NCBI GenBank assembly: GCA_001662655.1
Contig: KV460210.1
Direction: 5' to 3' (one strand)
DNA: 64,000 bases
Origin: Pseudogymnoascus verrucosus
Lineage: Eukaryota
A program made the translations under genes and the position numbers. This document shows positions 38,923 to 50,643 of this stretch, in pieces (position 1 is the first letter of the stretch; each line of letters opens with the position of its first letter). The notes under the pieces are model-generated. The model did not search any database and was not told the DNA's origin. It saw only the letters and a list, made by a program, of their open reading frames with translations.

Positions 38923-41050
38923 GTTTTTCTGGGGTTGGAGGGGGCGTTTTGGAAGAGGGGGTGGGGGGAAGTGATATGTAGATATAGACAGATCTGTCGA
39001 CTCGGAGGCATCGCTACTACGTATAAACACATTGTGAGTGTAACGAATAAATAGCTTGTAGCTTCACACTCTACTCGTAGCAAAAATTACAACAAAATAT
39101 GAAATAAATCAACTGTAAAATCTTTACCTGTAAAATATTCCACTCTGTGCTGCCGTCGCTTCCCACTGACGGGTGTGCCGAACAGCCATCATGCCTGTTG
39201 TCGTCCGCAACACTTCGACCCGCCGGTCCATCCTCGGCACCAACGCGGTCGCCGCACGGAGGGGGATTAAAGCCCGACGAACAGGTTTCTGGGATGGCCT
39301 TTGGGGGTATGTATGAGGGGTGATGCGATGGGTATATATGTTCCCTGGTCGGTCGATATTGCGGGTGCTTCTTCGCTTGCGGTTACTGGAGAGGGTAAGA
39401 GGGGTAGGTAGGGGAGAGGCGCTGAGCAGGGCATGGCAGAGAGAGCAGGGCAGGGAGAGAGCAGGGAAACCAGGGAGGGGATGTGCTTACGCCCTGCTTC
39501 TGTGCGTGAAGGATAGATGATGGGAGCGGGAGGGAGGGGTATTTCGAGGGGTAGAAGAAGCTCGGTTTATCTAATGCCGCGGCAGGGAATTATGACGGCG
39601 GTTCATGCTCTCTCTTGCGCTGGATGGGATCTTCTATGCTGGATAACCTGACGGGCTCGGCAGTTCCGCGGATAGCACACAACAGTACAGTATGAACTAG
39701 ACAAAAAGCCCTTATCGTCGGCACCCTCCCCGAGAAGAGAAAGTAGTCAGCACATCGTGGCTGGACTAAGCAGTAGCAGGACGGGCAGGGTAGCCAGTCG
39801 AATACGGTAATTCACGAGTCCTCTCTGTATAGCGCTGCCGCACCACCGCGCCGCCCCGCATTGCCCACAGCAGCTACTGGATATATTCGCGAGAATTTCA
39901 ATATCACCAAGGGTAGGTAGTCGCTCGCTGTATATCGATATATTCTTCAGCAGAACGGGGGGGGACCGTGTCGGCAATTAAACCTCCTTCTGGGCGAGTT
40001 GGGGGGAGAGTTTGCCGAGCCAAGTCCTGATTGTGGTTTGACAGTGGATTGGTGGTGGGTGGGTGCGTGTGGAGTACCGAGATGGGCGCGATGGAGCTCC
40101 CAGACCTCGACTCGAACCCCGCTGTCCGTCGGTTACTTCCCCGCGCTTTGATCCTATACGCACGCCACTGTGTGACGATTCCACTGTTTTTTGGACCCAC
40201 GTAAGCACTGGGAATGGTCACTGCGGCGCGGCGACACTCTGGGGTTTCTTACCGCCGCAACGCCTGTGTCGTGAGGTGATATCGGCCCTGATGGTTTCGA
40301 AGGATTCGAGGCCTTGTAGTGCCAATCTCCTGGGGCTGGTTGCCAGGTATGGAGGCGATGGGGTATGGGTTGGATATGATGGCATGGGAGATGCAGGAGC
40401 GCGTCAGGGCCGTTGATGGGATATTGGATTGTGCATGAAGATGCATGAGTTTGGACTGAAGAGAACTGCCGAGAACAGTAAGAGCTCTATCCTATTCTAC
40501 GCGAGGCGAGGTGAGACAACCACATGCCATCGCCATCTTCAGCACGCCGCCGTAGGGCCGGGAATAAAACCCTAAGCCCCACCTACCCGCCATCCTTCCC
40601 TCTCCCCTCCCTCCCCCACCACCCACGCTCGCATCCGGTCCCCGTCACAGACAGGCTTGTGAACGCCGCGCCGGGCGCTTGTCGATGGATGGACGGGTGT
40701 ATTATCGGCAGTTGATGCGGAGACCGCGGAGGACCGCAGGGTTCTACTTGTGTGGTTCAGTTGCGACGTAGGCGCGATGGCGGAGATCGGGTTGGTGGGG
40801 GAGGGATGATGCGGGGAGTGGGGAGATGGGATGGGATGGGATAGAGTGGAGGTTGGTGCTGGATAGCTACATATCTATGGTGAGGTCGTGGTTTTCTCTT
40901 TGTACTCTGTTTGTTGTTGTGGAACAGGTATGTCTCAGTCCTGCTTATATTGCAACGACGTCGTCTGAGTGATTTTCTACCTCCTCGTTGTTGTTGTCGT
41001 CGCGTCTACTTTCCTTCCTTTTTTTTTTACCTCCCACCACGCGCTTGACG

Positions 41051-42622
41051 ATGGTTCTCGAAGATGCCCTTGCCGTCATGGCACGGCATTGGCCTTCTGC
41101 ACTGGCCATCATTGTCATTGTCCATTTCACGCGCAACTACTTCCACCACTCCCTCAACAAATACCCAGGCCCGTTCCTCGCGCGCATCACAAACTGGTGG
41201 CGCTTCTGGGACGTCCTCCAGCGCCGCCCTGAAGTCACCCATATCGCCCTACACAAGAAACACGGCGATGTCGTTCGTCTCGGCCCCAACTACCTCAGCT
41301 TCGCCGATCCCAAGGCTGTGAAGGACATCTACGGCCTCAACAAGGGCTACATCAAGAGCGACTTCTACCCCGTCCAACAATCCGTCTCAAACGGCCACCG
41401 CCTCCCCAGTCTCTTCTCCACCACCGACAACACATTCCACGCCAACCTCCGCCGCTCCATTAACTCCGCCTTCTCCATGTCAACACTCGTCCAATACGAA
41501 CCCCTCGTCGACAGCACCACCTCCATCTTCCTCTCCCAAACCGACAAGCTCTTCGCCTCCCCAGGCATAACCTGCGACTTCGCGCGCTGGCTACAGTTCT
41601 ATGCCTTTGATGTGATCGGGAACATGACATACTCCGAGCGCCACGGCTTTCTGGAGCGCAACGAAGACATCGAGGGTATAATCTCATATCTCGGGAAGCT
41701 ATTCAGCTACGTAGCACCCATAGGCCAAATCCCCTTCCTCGACCTCCTCCTCCTCAAAAACCCCCTCTACCTCCTCGCCGCCCAACACGGCCTCATCGAC
41801 GCCACCTTCCCCGTCGCCCGATTCGCCCGCGCCCGCCTCGAGGAACGCATGGCCTCCTCCCCCGGCAAACCATCCACCGGCCCGCCAGATCTACTGTCTA
41901 AATTCATCGCCGCGCAGGAGACGCATCCCAATACCGTGACGCAGAAGGAAGTCCTCACCCTCGCTGTCTCGATGGCGTTCGCGGGCTCGGAAACAACTGC
42001 TATCTCCCTATCGTCGGTTTTCTACTACCTCCTCCGTCACCCTGCTACTCTGTCCCGCCTCCTCGCCGAATTGGACGATGCGGAACAGCGCGGTGTGTTC
42101 GCTGATGCTACGCCGGGCGTTGTCTCGTGGGCCGAGGCGCAGAAACTTCCTTATATGGATGCTGTGATCAAAGAGGCGTTTCGCATTCACCCCGCTGCGG
42201 GATTACCGCTCGAGCGCATCGTTCCACCTAGCGGTGCTATGATCGCTGGGAACTTCATCCCCGGCGGCACGATCGTCGGCTGCTCCGCTTGGGTTCTGCA
42301 CGGCAACCAGTCGATCTTCGGGTCCGACTCTGCGCACTTCCGACCCGAGCGCTGGCTTCCGAGGGATGGGAGTAGCGAGGAGGTTGAGAGGATTAAGGAG
42401 ATGAACGCGGCGATGTTCCATTTTGGGAGTGGAAGCCGGACGTGTATTGGGAGGAATATTAGTTTGTTGGAGATTTATAAGGTTGTACCCAGTCTACTGA
42501 GGGAGTTTGAGGTGGAGTTCCCCGAGGGGAGGAGGGGGGAATGGACGTTGTGGAATTCGTGGTTTGTGAGGCAGTTGGGGTTTGAGGTGAGGTTTCGGAG
42601 GAGGGAGAAGGGGGGGTTGTAG
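41051..42622 (+). CDS. Cytochrome P450 (pisatin-demethylase-like clan)
   Basis: YPGP hinge, AGSETT (I-helix), KEAFR (ExxR), FRPERW, FGSGSRTCIG heme motif; no introns in the CDS. Confidence 0.93.
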   Translation: MVLEDALAVMARHWPSALAIIVIVHFTRNYFHHSLNKYPGPFLARITNWWRFWDVLQRRPEVTHIALHKKHGDVVRLGPNYLSFADPKAVKDIYGLNKGYIKSDFYPVQQSVSNGHRLPSLFSTTDNTFHANLRRSINSAFSMSTLVQYEPLVDSTTSIFLSQTDKLFASPGITCDFARWLQFYAFDVIGNMTYSERHGFLERNEDIEGIISYLGKLFSYVAPIGQIPFLDLLLLKNPLYLLAAQHGLIDATFPVARFARARLEERMASSPGKPSTGPPDLLSKFIAAQETHPNTVTQKEVLTLAVSMAFAGSETTAISLSSVFYYLLRHPATLSRLLAELDDAEQRGVFADATPGVVSWAEAQKLPYMDAVIKEAFRIHPAAGLPLERIVPPSGAMIAGNFIPGGTIVGCSAWVLHGNQSIFGSDSAHFRPERWLPRDGSSEEVERIKEMNAAMFHFGSGSRTCIGRNISLLEIYKVVPSLLREFEVEFPEGRRGEWTLWNSWFVRQLGFEVRFRRREKGGL

Positions 42623-43951
42623 AGTAGTTATGGGGGGAGAATATAGTAAAAATGTTGTAAATTCACATTTCGCAGGCGTGGATGCTGAGATTGGATACTG
42701 AGTGAGCTGTGGGCGGCTATATAAGCGTACGCGCTTCTGAGGCTTGAGTAGGGCACCACTCCAGTAACAGCCTGTTCACCAGAGTTTCACAGTCCTTGAT
42801 GGACTGTATAACGGCCACCTTTGATGTTTGGTGGGTGTAATCGGGGAGGGGTTGATGTTTTTGGTGGCGCGGATCTCATTGCTGTCATGTAATCTGCCGC
42901 TGTCATTATCCTCTCACCGTCTGTTATTATGCTCTCGCTGTCATCGACCCCCGTTTCCTTGCTAGCCGATCTAGGCCTCGGTGTTCTACATGCTTGATAG
43001 GGCCATTTGACGTCTCTATTATACTTCCATTCCGATTTAAGCCTTGGAATTCCAATAGATACTTCATGTTGAACCCAAAATCACCTTTCTGAAGGACCTT
43101 TTGCATGATGACTAGCCCCCGTTTCTTTATCGGCCGATCTGGGCCTCGAGACTCTGGGTGCTGGCTTCAGGGTCATGGATATCTTGGTTTGCTTGGGCCC
43201 TCGTTGTCTCGTCGATTAGTACTTCTAGATCGCCAAGTAATCTTTGGAGTAACGTCTTCGAGTGCATCATCAATTTCAGATCCCATGGTGCGAATCTTGT
43301 TGGCCCGCAAAAAGGACTCGTCCGTGATGTGTGTGGTCTTACCACCCACTGGGCCACTGTCGTATTCCGATATTTACGAATATATTTTCCGGCCGCACGA
43401 GGGAGCTGCTGTGGGAGAATACCAGATAGGGAGGGGAAGGAGATGAGTGTAAACATGCAGAGTCTAATAAATAAGTTGCACAGAGCAAATGCTATCGCAT
43501 CGTCTCCAATAGTTCACTATTTCAACAGGTTCGGGGAATCATGACCATGCCGATGATATTTGCCCCTGAATCTCACAATAACTAGAAGCCAGGCATCACC
43601 ACTATTGACAAAGGGGGTCGTCTCAACCAAGCGGAATATATAATGGCCATGGTCCACCTACAACGTAATATCGAAGAAATCATACTTGCAACACAATCCA
43701 GTCATTTTATAAATCGGTTCACCTTACCATAGAAACCGAAGCATTCTCTTGCATCCCCCTCCCTCTCTCCGTCAGTCAAGCCACACAACCATATATCCAC
43801 CAACACACGAACAACACTCACATACGATCATAGACTCAAGAGAATTGGGCATCCCGTCCGCTCTGCCATACACAAGCTTGCTTATCCTCTGGCTAATAGT
43901 CTCAATAGTGCCAGTAGGCATAGCGTGGAATCGCGGCCCCTTGCCGCCTGA

Positions 43952-44008
43952 AGGGTGAGGCGAGGGGTGAGCAGGGTGAGCAGGGTGAGCCGGGTGAGCC
44001 GGGTGAGG
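43952..44008. repeat. Tandem ~9-bp repeat (GGGTGAGCA/C) x~6
   Basis: agggtgaggcgaggggtgagcagggtgagcagggtgagccgggtgagccgggtgagg. Confidence 0.85.
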
Positions 44009-44301
44009 CCCTTAAGTTCTGCTAATAAACTAAGAACATTATAAGCATTACCTTGCTTAACGCTAACTATATAATCCCTATATGCTCTCGTGAGCACCGT
44101 CTCGCTTAACACAACACTACTGCATCATCCTGCATGCTCTCGTAAGCATCGTCTCGCTTAACAACACTACTACGCCACCCTGCATACTCTCATGAGCAGC
44201 GCCCTACCGTTAACGTCACCTTGAGGAAAGATGTGGTGAGCACACATCTCTACATCATTCGCGTGTGCTAGTTCTCTTCCCTTCTGTCCACCCATCACAG
44301 C

Positions 44302-45573
44302 ATGTCTACAGAAACGCAGTCCAAGAAGCAGAGCTCCGAGCGACGACGTATGCAGAATAAGCGGGCCCAGAAAAACTACCGTAAGCCAAAGGATGCAGGG
44401 AATGGCCTATCACTGCAAGACTAATCTTACGTCTGGTCAGGAGAGCGTCAAAAAAGGAATTTACAGGTCCTCCAAGACATAGCTGGGTCTGCCTTCCCAA
44501 TTAATCAGGCAAACGAGGATGGCCGATATATCCAGCCTAGAATGGGCATTTTCACCAATGCTTCGCTAGAGGCAGAGGGTGTTCATGCGGCCTCCTTGAC
44601 AGACTCCTGTTCGCGAGCCTTTTCAGAGGCGGGGAGCAGGGATGGCTCATTTAGCAGAACAGGGCAGTCACGCGGTAGCTTACTCGATGCAGATGAGCAG
44701 CCTCAGTCAATTCTTGTTAGAAGACCGCCTTTAATCCCCCCTGAAAGTTCTCAAGGGTATTGCACAATTAGTCAATTACTTCAACAAGAGGGTCTAGTTC
44801 TCGATGAGAAGATGAGGCTTCAAATATCAGAGAAGAAGATAGACCTACGGAGCATTTTGGAAGCTGGGCTAAAGGCGCTTTCACACGAGACTTTACTAGA
44901 CGCAGATTGCTCCTCCTCACATGGCACAAGAGAAGGGTGCGCTACTAATAGTACACAACTCCGTACAGACAAAATATTACTGTTACAAAACGCCAACCAC
45001 GGATACGAGACATCCCTACCTGATATCCGCAGAAATAACCTCCGAATCAAGCAAGTCCTATTTGTTGCCGCTTGCGTAACAAATGCATCGTCTCTAGGAA
45101 TCCCTCTCGAAGGTTTAAGCTGCGACAGTGCTGAGTCGCATTTCTTCCGCGACTCCATCTCAGAATCAGCCGCTAAGACGGCGTGCCTGAGCGAGTTCCT
45201 AGATTTGAAGACGCACCTACGACCGTGTGCTCCGCAACTGATGTACAGACACCATCCATACATTGACGTGCTTCCCTTTCCGACCTTCCGAGAGCGTCTC
45301 ATCAAACTCGCTTGTGCTGAGGAGCCGATGATTGATGAGGACGAGTTGTGTAAAGATCTCGAAAACGACGGTCTAGTTTGCTGGGGATCAAGTCTGGGTG
45401 GTGGGAGTACAGCGATGGGATCGGGCGCGCCGTGGGATATACGGAGCTGGGAAGCGCAGAATTGGTTTATGAAGAAGTGGTGGATCTTGATTGGTGGTGC
45501 GGAAGGGGAAATCTATAAACAGACGCAGTGGTGGTGTGAGATGAGGGGCGAGCGGTCCTGTTATCCCTGGTAG
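44302..45573 (+). CDS. bZIP transcription factor with C-terminal DUF3425-like domain
   Basis: Exon 1 MSTETQSKKQSSERRRMQNKRAQKNYR, intron 44381-44440, then ERQKRNLQVL; C-terminal LRP..PQL...HHPYID.LPFP.FRER..GLVCWG..PWD.RSWEA..WF.KKW. Confidence 0.88.
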
Positions 45574-45798
45574 TAATGAAGGTGAAGGGTAGCTTTATGG
45601 ATTTTAATTAGATACTCACGACCATTTATTCTTTGACCCCTATTTACCCCGCTTTTGGCCGCTGTTTGGCTGATCGCGCGCAACATCAACAAGGTATTCC
45701 CGTATCCGCCGCGACTGTGCTCCATGTCGCCCTGGGACAGCATTAAAACAGAGCATAATTAGACTCTTAGCAACCCCTTGAAATTTTGCTACCTGAAT

Positions 45799-46761
45799 CT
45801 AGAGCTCAAATTTCTCGCTAATCATTTCTTCACTCATAACCCAACACCTTTTGGCATTGTCCCCATCAATCGCATACGGCTGAACTATCTCCGGATCCTC
45901 ACTGGGTTGGCAATCATCCAAATAAACCATGTTCTGCTCCGCCAAACTCGGATCGAGAGCCGCTCTTAAAGTTGTCGAGCACCCCTGCTGCAAGGTTTTA
46001 CTTGTTGGCATCTTTTTTCCCGATTCTTCCCATTGCGCCAGCGCCTCAGCCATCGCCTCAGGCGTAAAATATTTCTGCAGCCCACTCACAATACTACCTG
46101 GATGCAGTGCAAAACTTCTCACCCCTTTTCCGGCCAATTTCTCATTAAGCCCAACTGAAAAGAGGACGTTTGCTGTCTTGGCTTGACCGTAGGCGACCGT
46201 GGCGACGTAGTCTTTCCCTCCTGTGAAATTTGGGTCATCATATCGGATATCAGACGCGAAATGGCCCACACTAGCGACATTGATGACACGTGCATTTGGC
46301 GCAGCCAGGAGGATTTTCGGCATGAGGAGATTGGTGAGGAGGAAGTGTGAAAGGTAATTTGTCGCGAGTTGGAGCTCGAAGCCATCGGTGCTAAGGCCGT
46401 AGGGGCAGGCCATTATGGCTGCGTTGTTGATAACTACGTCGAGTTTTGGGATCGAATCATCGTTAAGGATAGATGAAGCGGCCGCACGAACGCTAGCGAG
46501 GGAGTCGAGTGAGATGGGGATGAATTTTGTGGTGATAGATGGGTCGATAGCATGGATGGCATCGATTGTAGGCTGGATCTTTGGAAGGGAACGGCCAAGG
46601 AGGAGGATAGCTGCGGGTGATCCATGGGCGAGAGAGATGGCTGTCTCAGCGCCAATGCCACCTTGACTTGGGCCGGTGATTAGGAAAATTCTTCCTTTCA
46701 CTTGATCCTTGAAGTCCGAGACAATGGTTGTGCCTTCCGTACTGATTCCATAGTGAGACAT
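45799..46761 (-). CDS. Short-chain dehydrogenase/reductase (RDH/WWOX-like)
   Basis: ITGPSQGGIG, NNAAIM, ELQLATNYLSHFLLT, YGQAKTAN (YxxxK), LHPG. Confidence 0.93.
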   Translation of the reverse strand: MSHYGISTEGTTIVSDFKDQVKGRIFLITGPSQGGIGAETAISLAHGSPAAILLLGRSLPKIQPTIDAIHAIDPSITTKFIPISLDSLASVRAAASSILNDDSIPKLDVVINNAAIMACPYGLSTDGFELQLATNYLSHFLLTNLLMPKILLAAPNARVINVASVGHFASDIRYDDPNFTGGKDYVATVAYGQAKTANVLFSVGLNEKLAGKGVRSFALHPGSIVSGLQKYFTPEAMAEALAQWEESGKKMPTSKTLQQGCSTTLRAALDPSLAEQNMVYLDDCQPSEDPEIVQPYAIDGDNAKRCWVMSEEMISEKFEL

Positions 46762-47379
46762 TTCTAAGGTACGTTGGTGTGCTTGAAGGTAGAAGTTGGA
46801 AAGAGACGTTGTAGCTAGCAGAATGATACTTGGTAGTTGGAAGGACTTAGAGGACGGAAACCGAATCGATGAATGTAAATCAAGTGTTTTTCAAGAAGTG
46901 TTGGGACTTTTATATTTCATATTTTCATTTCCACGTGTTAAGGCGAGCTTATGTCCGGCCGTTAGTCGTCGATCGCGCTAAGCGTATTAACGTCATGTCA
47001 TCGCCGGTCGTCGATCGTTCATAAGAAGTCTAGAATGCAACCAAATAAACATTGCGCTGGTTATATTCATATACTAGGCCCTCATCAGCCGTAATTATCG
47101 CGTAATAGGTTCTAATCTATTAATGTCCTGTAGCTATCGTAAGCATACCTTTCCTTGAGGTGACGTTTAAGGGTGAGCGTTCCTGCATGCTCACGAGAGC
47201 ATGCAGGATGAGCATTCCCCTTAAAGTCCGTTAAGTCCGTACAAACTCAACAACACGGCAGGCAATGTTTGCAGCCAGTCTTTGAAAAACAAAATAACCC
47301 CCCCTTGTGTTAAATCATTTTATCTAACAAAGCCCATTCTGCAAAGAAACATCATCATCTTTTTGAAATACAGAGTCGC

Positions 47380-48710
47380 GGCATGGAGACATTTCAAAAC
47401 GGCGTCTCGTGGCTGAGGAGACACAGGTAAAGGAGGGAGGTTGTGAGTAGAGCAAGGGTTTGGAGTTTTGGTGGTAGGGGTACTACTGTCGTTATTCTTT
47501 GCTGTCGTTACGTTCATGCTGTCGTTCTACATTACTGTCGCTATACCAGTCAACCAATTTACGGAAAAGGGTTGCGGAGAGGGAGTGTGATGAAGTTTAC
47601 TTGTTGCGTTAGGAATACAGCTACCTTGAGTTAAACAGCAGGAACGGAGCCTTACAAGTTGTCTTTCGACTTCTCGATAATGACGGAAGGAGAGTATGAA
47701 TAGGGGATGTGAGGTAGATTTATAGGTGTGTGCCTGTGCCTTAAAGTTGAGAACATACCGGAGCCGTTTCAAAATCGAGCTGAGACTCAAGCTCTCTGTT
47801 TGTAGATAGTCACAGCACTTGCTATTTGAAATGTCGCCGCTGCTGTAAATGCAGAGTAATCTTGTAGATGGTATATGAACGGCTATAATCATAATTCAGT
47901 TCACAGAGGACGGAGGACAGCAAGACTATCCTGATTCTGGGGAAGAAGCAAGGCGCCCTATTGCGGAATAGAAGTGCGCTGAAGGCTACGAAAGATGCCT
48001 GTCTGTGGTATCCTCGAGATGAGTGCAGGTGTCCTTGTGGGGTGGGCCGGGGCTGTAATGGGCATATGGATGCGTAGGCTCTGAGAGTGTTTTTAGCGGG
48101 GTGGGTTGGGTGTGTCTGAGAGGTTTGGAGGGTTTGGAGGAAAATTCAAGGGGAGAACGAAAGAGTGCGTTCATAAGCCCATCCCAAGAGCACAGTCTAC
48201 AGAGCACAGAGTTTCCAGAGCCTGCCTTTCACAAAACTGTACTGGGTAAGTGCGTCTTCAGCCATTTTATAGACGACGCAATAGGCAGCGATCCCTCGTT
48301 CAAGGACCTGTTCCAATCCCTGTAGCAACAATATTTCACTCGTCTGCTCTGGGCGAAGTACACTCTGAATCCAAAGAAAGCATTTTTCTCCACAGACGCT
48401 TCTCTTCATGGGCGCTGCACGTGTCCACAAAAGAAGAGAGAACGGCAGCAATGGAGGAACAACAGTAAAACTGAGTTTACGGCGACAAGAAGTTAACGAC
48501 AGCAACTGTCACCGGCGAAATATTGACCCCGCGGCAATTATATGGCTTTGATAACTTCAACGGATAACGCTTCATTTCCTCACGCATTGGCCGGCGCAGC
48601 TTCTCTGGGTGGCCTGCGAGCATTGTCAGTGTAGCGCCATTATTCACCCAGCTATTGGTACGCTGGTGGCATTTTATATGTTTGAGCCACCTTCAAGTGT
48701 ATCAATGAAC
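47380..48710. repeat. Diverged ~1.3-kb direct repeat, copy A
   Basis: Shared blocks with 58520-59810, e.g. ggagacacaggt..gtgagtagagcaagggtttgg, aagactatc.tg.ttctgg, gcaactgtcaccg, cgcttcatttcc, ttggtacgc.ggtg.cattttatatgtttgag. Confidence 0.8.
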
Positions 48711-49285
48711 AGCATCAGCTCGTCCACAGGATCGCACATGACAGGACCAATTAGTTAGTTTTTTTAGGGTTAGCATCATCCAACTTCCTCTCAGCCTATC
48801 TGCTTGTCAACGCTCGCCTTGCAAGTACACCTTTAGTCCCCCGCCGCTAACGTCTAAGTCGACTACCTCTACCCTGCAGTCCATTTTGTCAATAGGAGGC
48901 AGAAATTCTCAGTCTCAACGAAGTACAGCGAGCGACGTATTTTGCGCCACGGAAACACCTAGAGCAATCAAGTCGTAGATCGTCCCTACCTTAATATATT
49001 TGGCATACTGAATGATTCTCGAGGCATAAAAATAAACAATATCTCCGGGAACTTCTCTGACGCCGATGCAAGCGGAGCCGTAGAATTCCACAGGGCTTAC
49101 CCACGTCTCACAGACGTCCTATTATTGCCCGAACTGCACATCCATACCACCTAGCTTCGTTACAACAACACAATACACCTGCAATGGATGACGATCGCAC
49201 ATCCCTCGATCCCATCAGCGGGCTCCTGAGAGCTGGCGAAACCTTCAGCAGCTAAGGACGGCTCGCCTACCCCGCAACACCACCA

Positions 49286-49345
49286 ATGGAGCAGATGTAT
49301 CTGCGGGCCCTGCAAGAATACGAAAAGCTTCTCGGATTAGAATAG
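49286..49345 (+). pseudogene. Single TPR-repeat relic of an NB-ARC/NACHT-TPR NLR
   Basis: MEQMYLRALQEYEKLLGLE* matches the AEQMY.RAL.GYEK.LG repeat of fungal TPR NLRs. Confidence 0.55.
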
Positions 49346-50398
49346 GGGATTGCGGCAGAGAAAATTGTTGAAGTAGGCACGGAGATTTAGGGCTGGTCGA
49401 GAGTTCGAAACCTGCATAATGCACTTCTGCCGATCTCTCTTGTCGCTGCCGTCTTGGCATCGTCTTGTGGAACAAAAATATCGCTTAAGCCTGTCTGCCA
49501 CGCGTCCCCCGTTTCCCCATGGTTCTCCTCACCGACGCTAGCTCTTCTGTCGTCCCGCAATATGTGACCCCGCCGGCTCTTTCTGTTGGCGCGCAATATG
49601 TGACCCCACCCCCTACCCCTGGATGTCGTGGTAAAACTTTATCCTCATCACGGACCTCGTAATGAGCTTGATGCGGTGCTGATGCCGATCTTAGTCCTGA
49701 TTTGGATCTAGATCCTCATTAACTTTCTGACCATTCTCGCATACACGTCATATTTGTATTTTTCCTTATTTTAAAAGAGTGTTAGCTACTCGAATCTAGA
49801 GTATTAAAGGGCTAGGGCTCTAACAGTAATTAGGGCAGCTGCGCTAAACCTCTAAGGATTGAACTCGACCATCACCGTTAACGTAAAATCCCGCAATCGC
49901 CATCATGCCATGCTCGAGTTTGTAGTCTAGCACTCAGAAGGCCCGAAAGATATAGATGCAAGACTAGTGTAAGGGGATGGTCTCGTGGGATCACTAGCTT
50001 ACTAAACCGGCTTTACATGATTAGGGCTAATCTACTCGGAGATTTGGCTTCTACGGGAGCTACACTAGATACATAGGAGAAGGAAGATTGTAGTCCCAAC
50101 CCAATCTTCAGTCGCTGTAAAACGTACTGTATTGAAGCTATAGCTAGAGAACCTACTTTGACATGTGACTCTTGCGACTCAAGAACCCACCATAGCTTAG
50201 CACGGTAATACAACTAGATATCATGCATCCTACTTGTGTTAACCATCTTGTGAGGTTATGTCTATCTACAGCAGATGCCTAGGCGTATATTCGGATTGTA
50301 AGGGAATTTATTTTCAGGTATCTGCTTTTTAGGGTATCCTAGAGCAACGCACGTGCGGCCGGCCGTTAGTCGTCGGCGGTTTCCTGTTGTGCTGGCCG

Positions 50399-50412
50399 CC
50401 GAAATAGAGCCG
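50399..50412 (-). promoter_or_regulatory. Putative AmyR-type site (CGG-N8-CGG) in the alpha-amylase promoter
   Basis: CCGaaatagagCCG ~240 bp upstream of the ATG; adjacent GCGGGG (CreA-type SYGGRG) and TATATAG near 50561. Confidence 0.5.
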
Positions 50413-50643
50413 GCGCGGGGTGAGTAAATTGGGTTTGCAAGCTAGCGATGAGTTGTGATGATGGTGAAAGGATGAGATGAGATGGGGTGGGATCACGAGA
50501 AGCTGAGATGCGGATATTGAAGTACAAGGATAGGTTGCCCACCATCACTCTTTCGCTCCTTATATAGAAGTCCATCGATGCTCGTCTCTCCTGTTCGAGC
50601 TTTGCATACGCTATATTAGCAACGTACTCTAGATACAGTCCAA

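Noticed and set aside
43105..43544. Three overlapping short ORFs
   Set aside because: Possibly a gene relic, but no supportable product or exon structure
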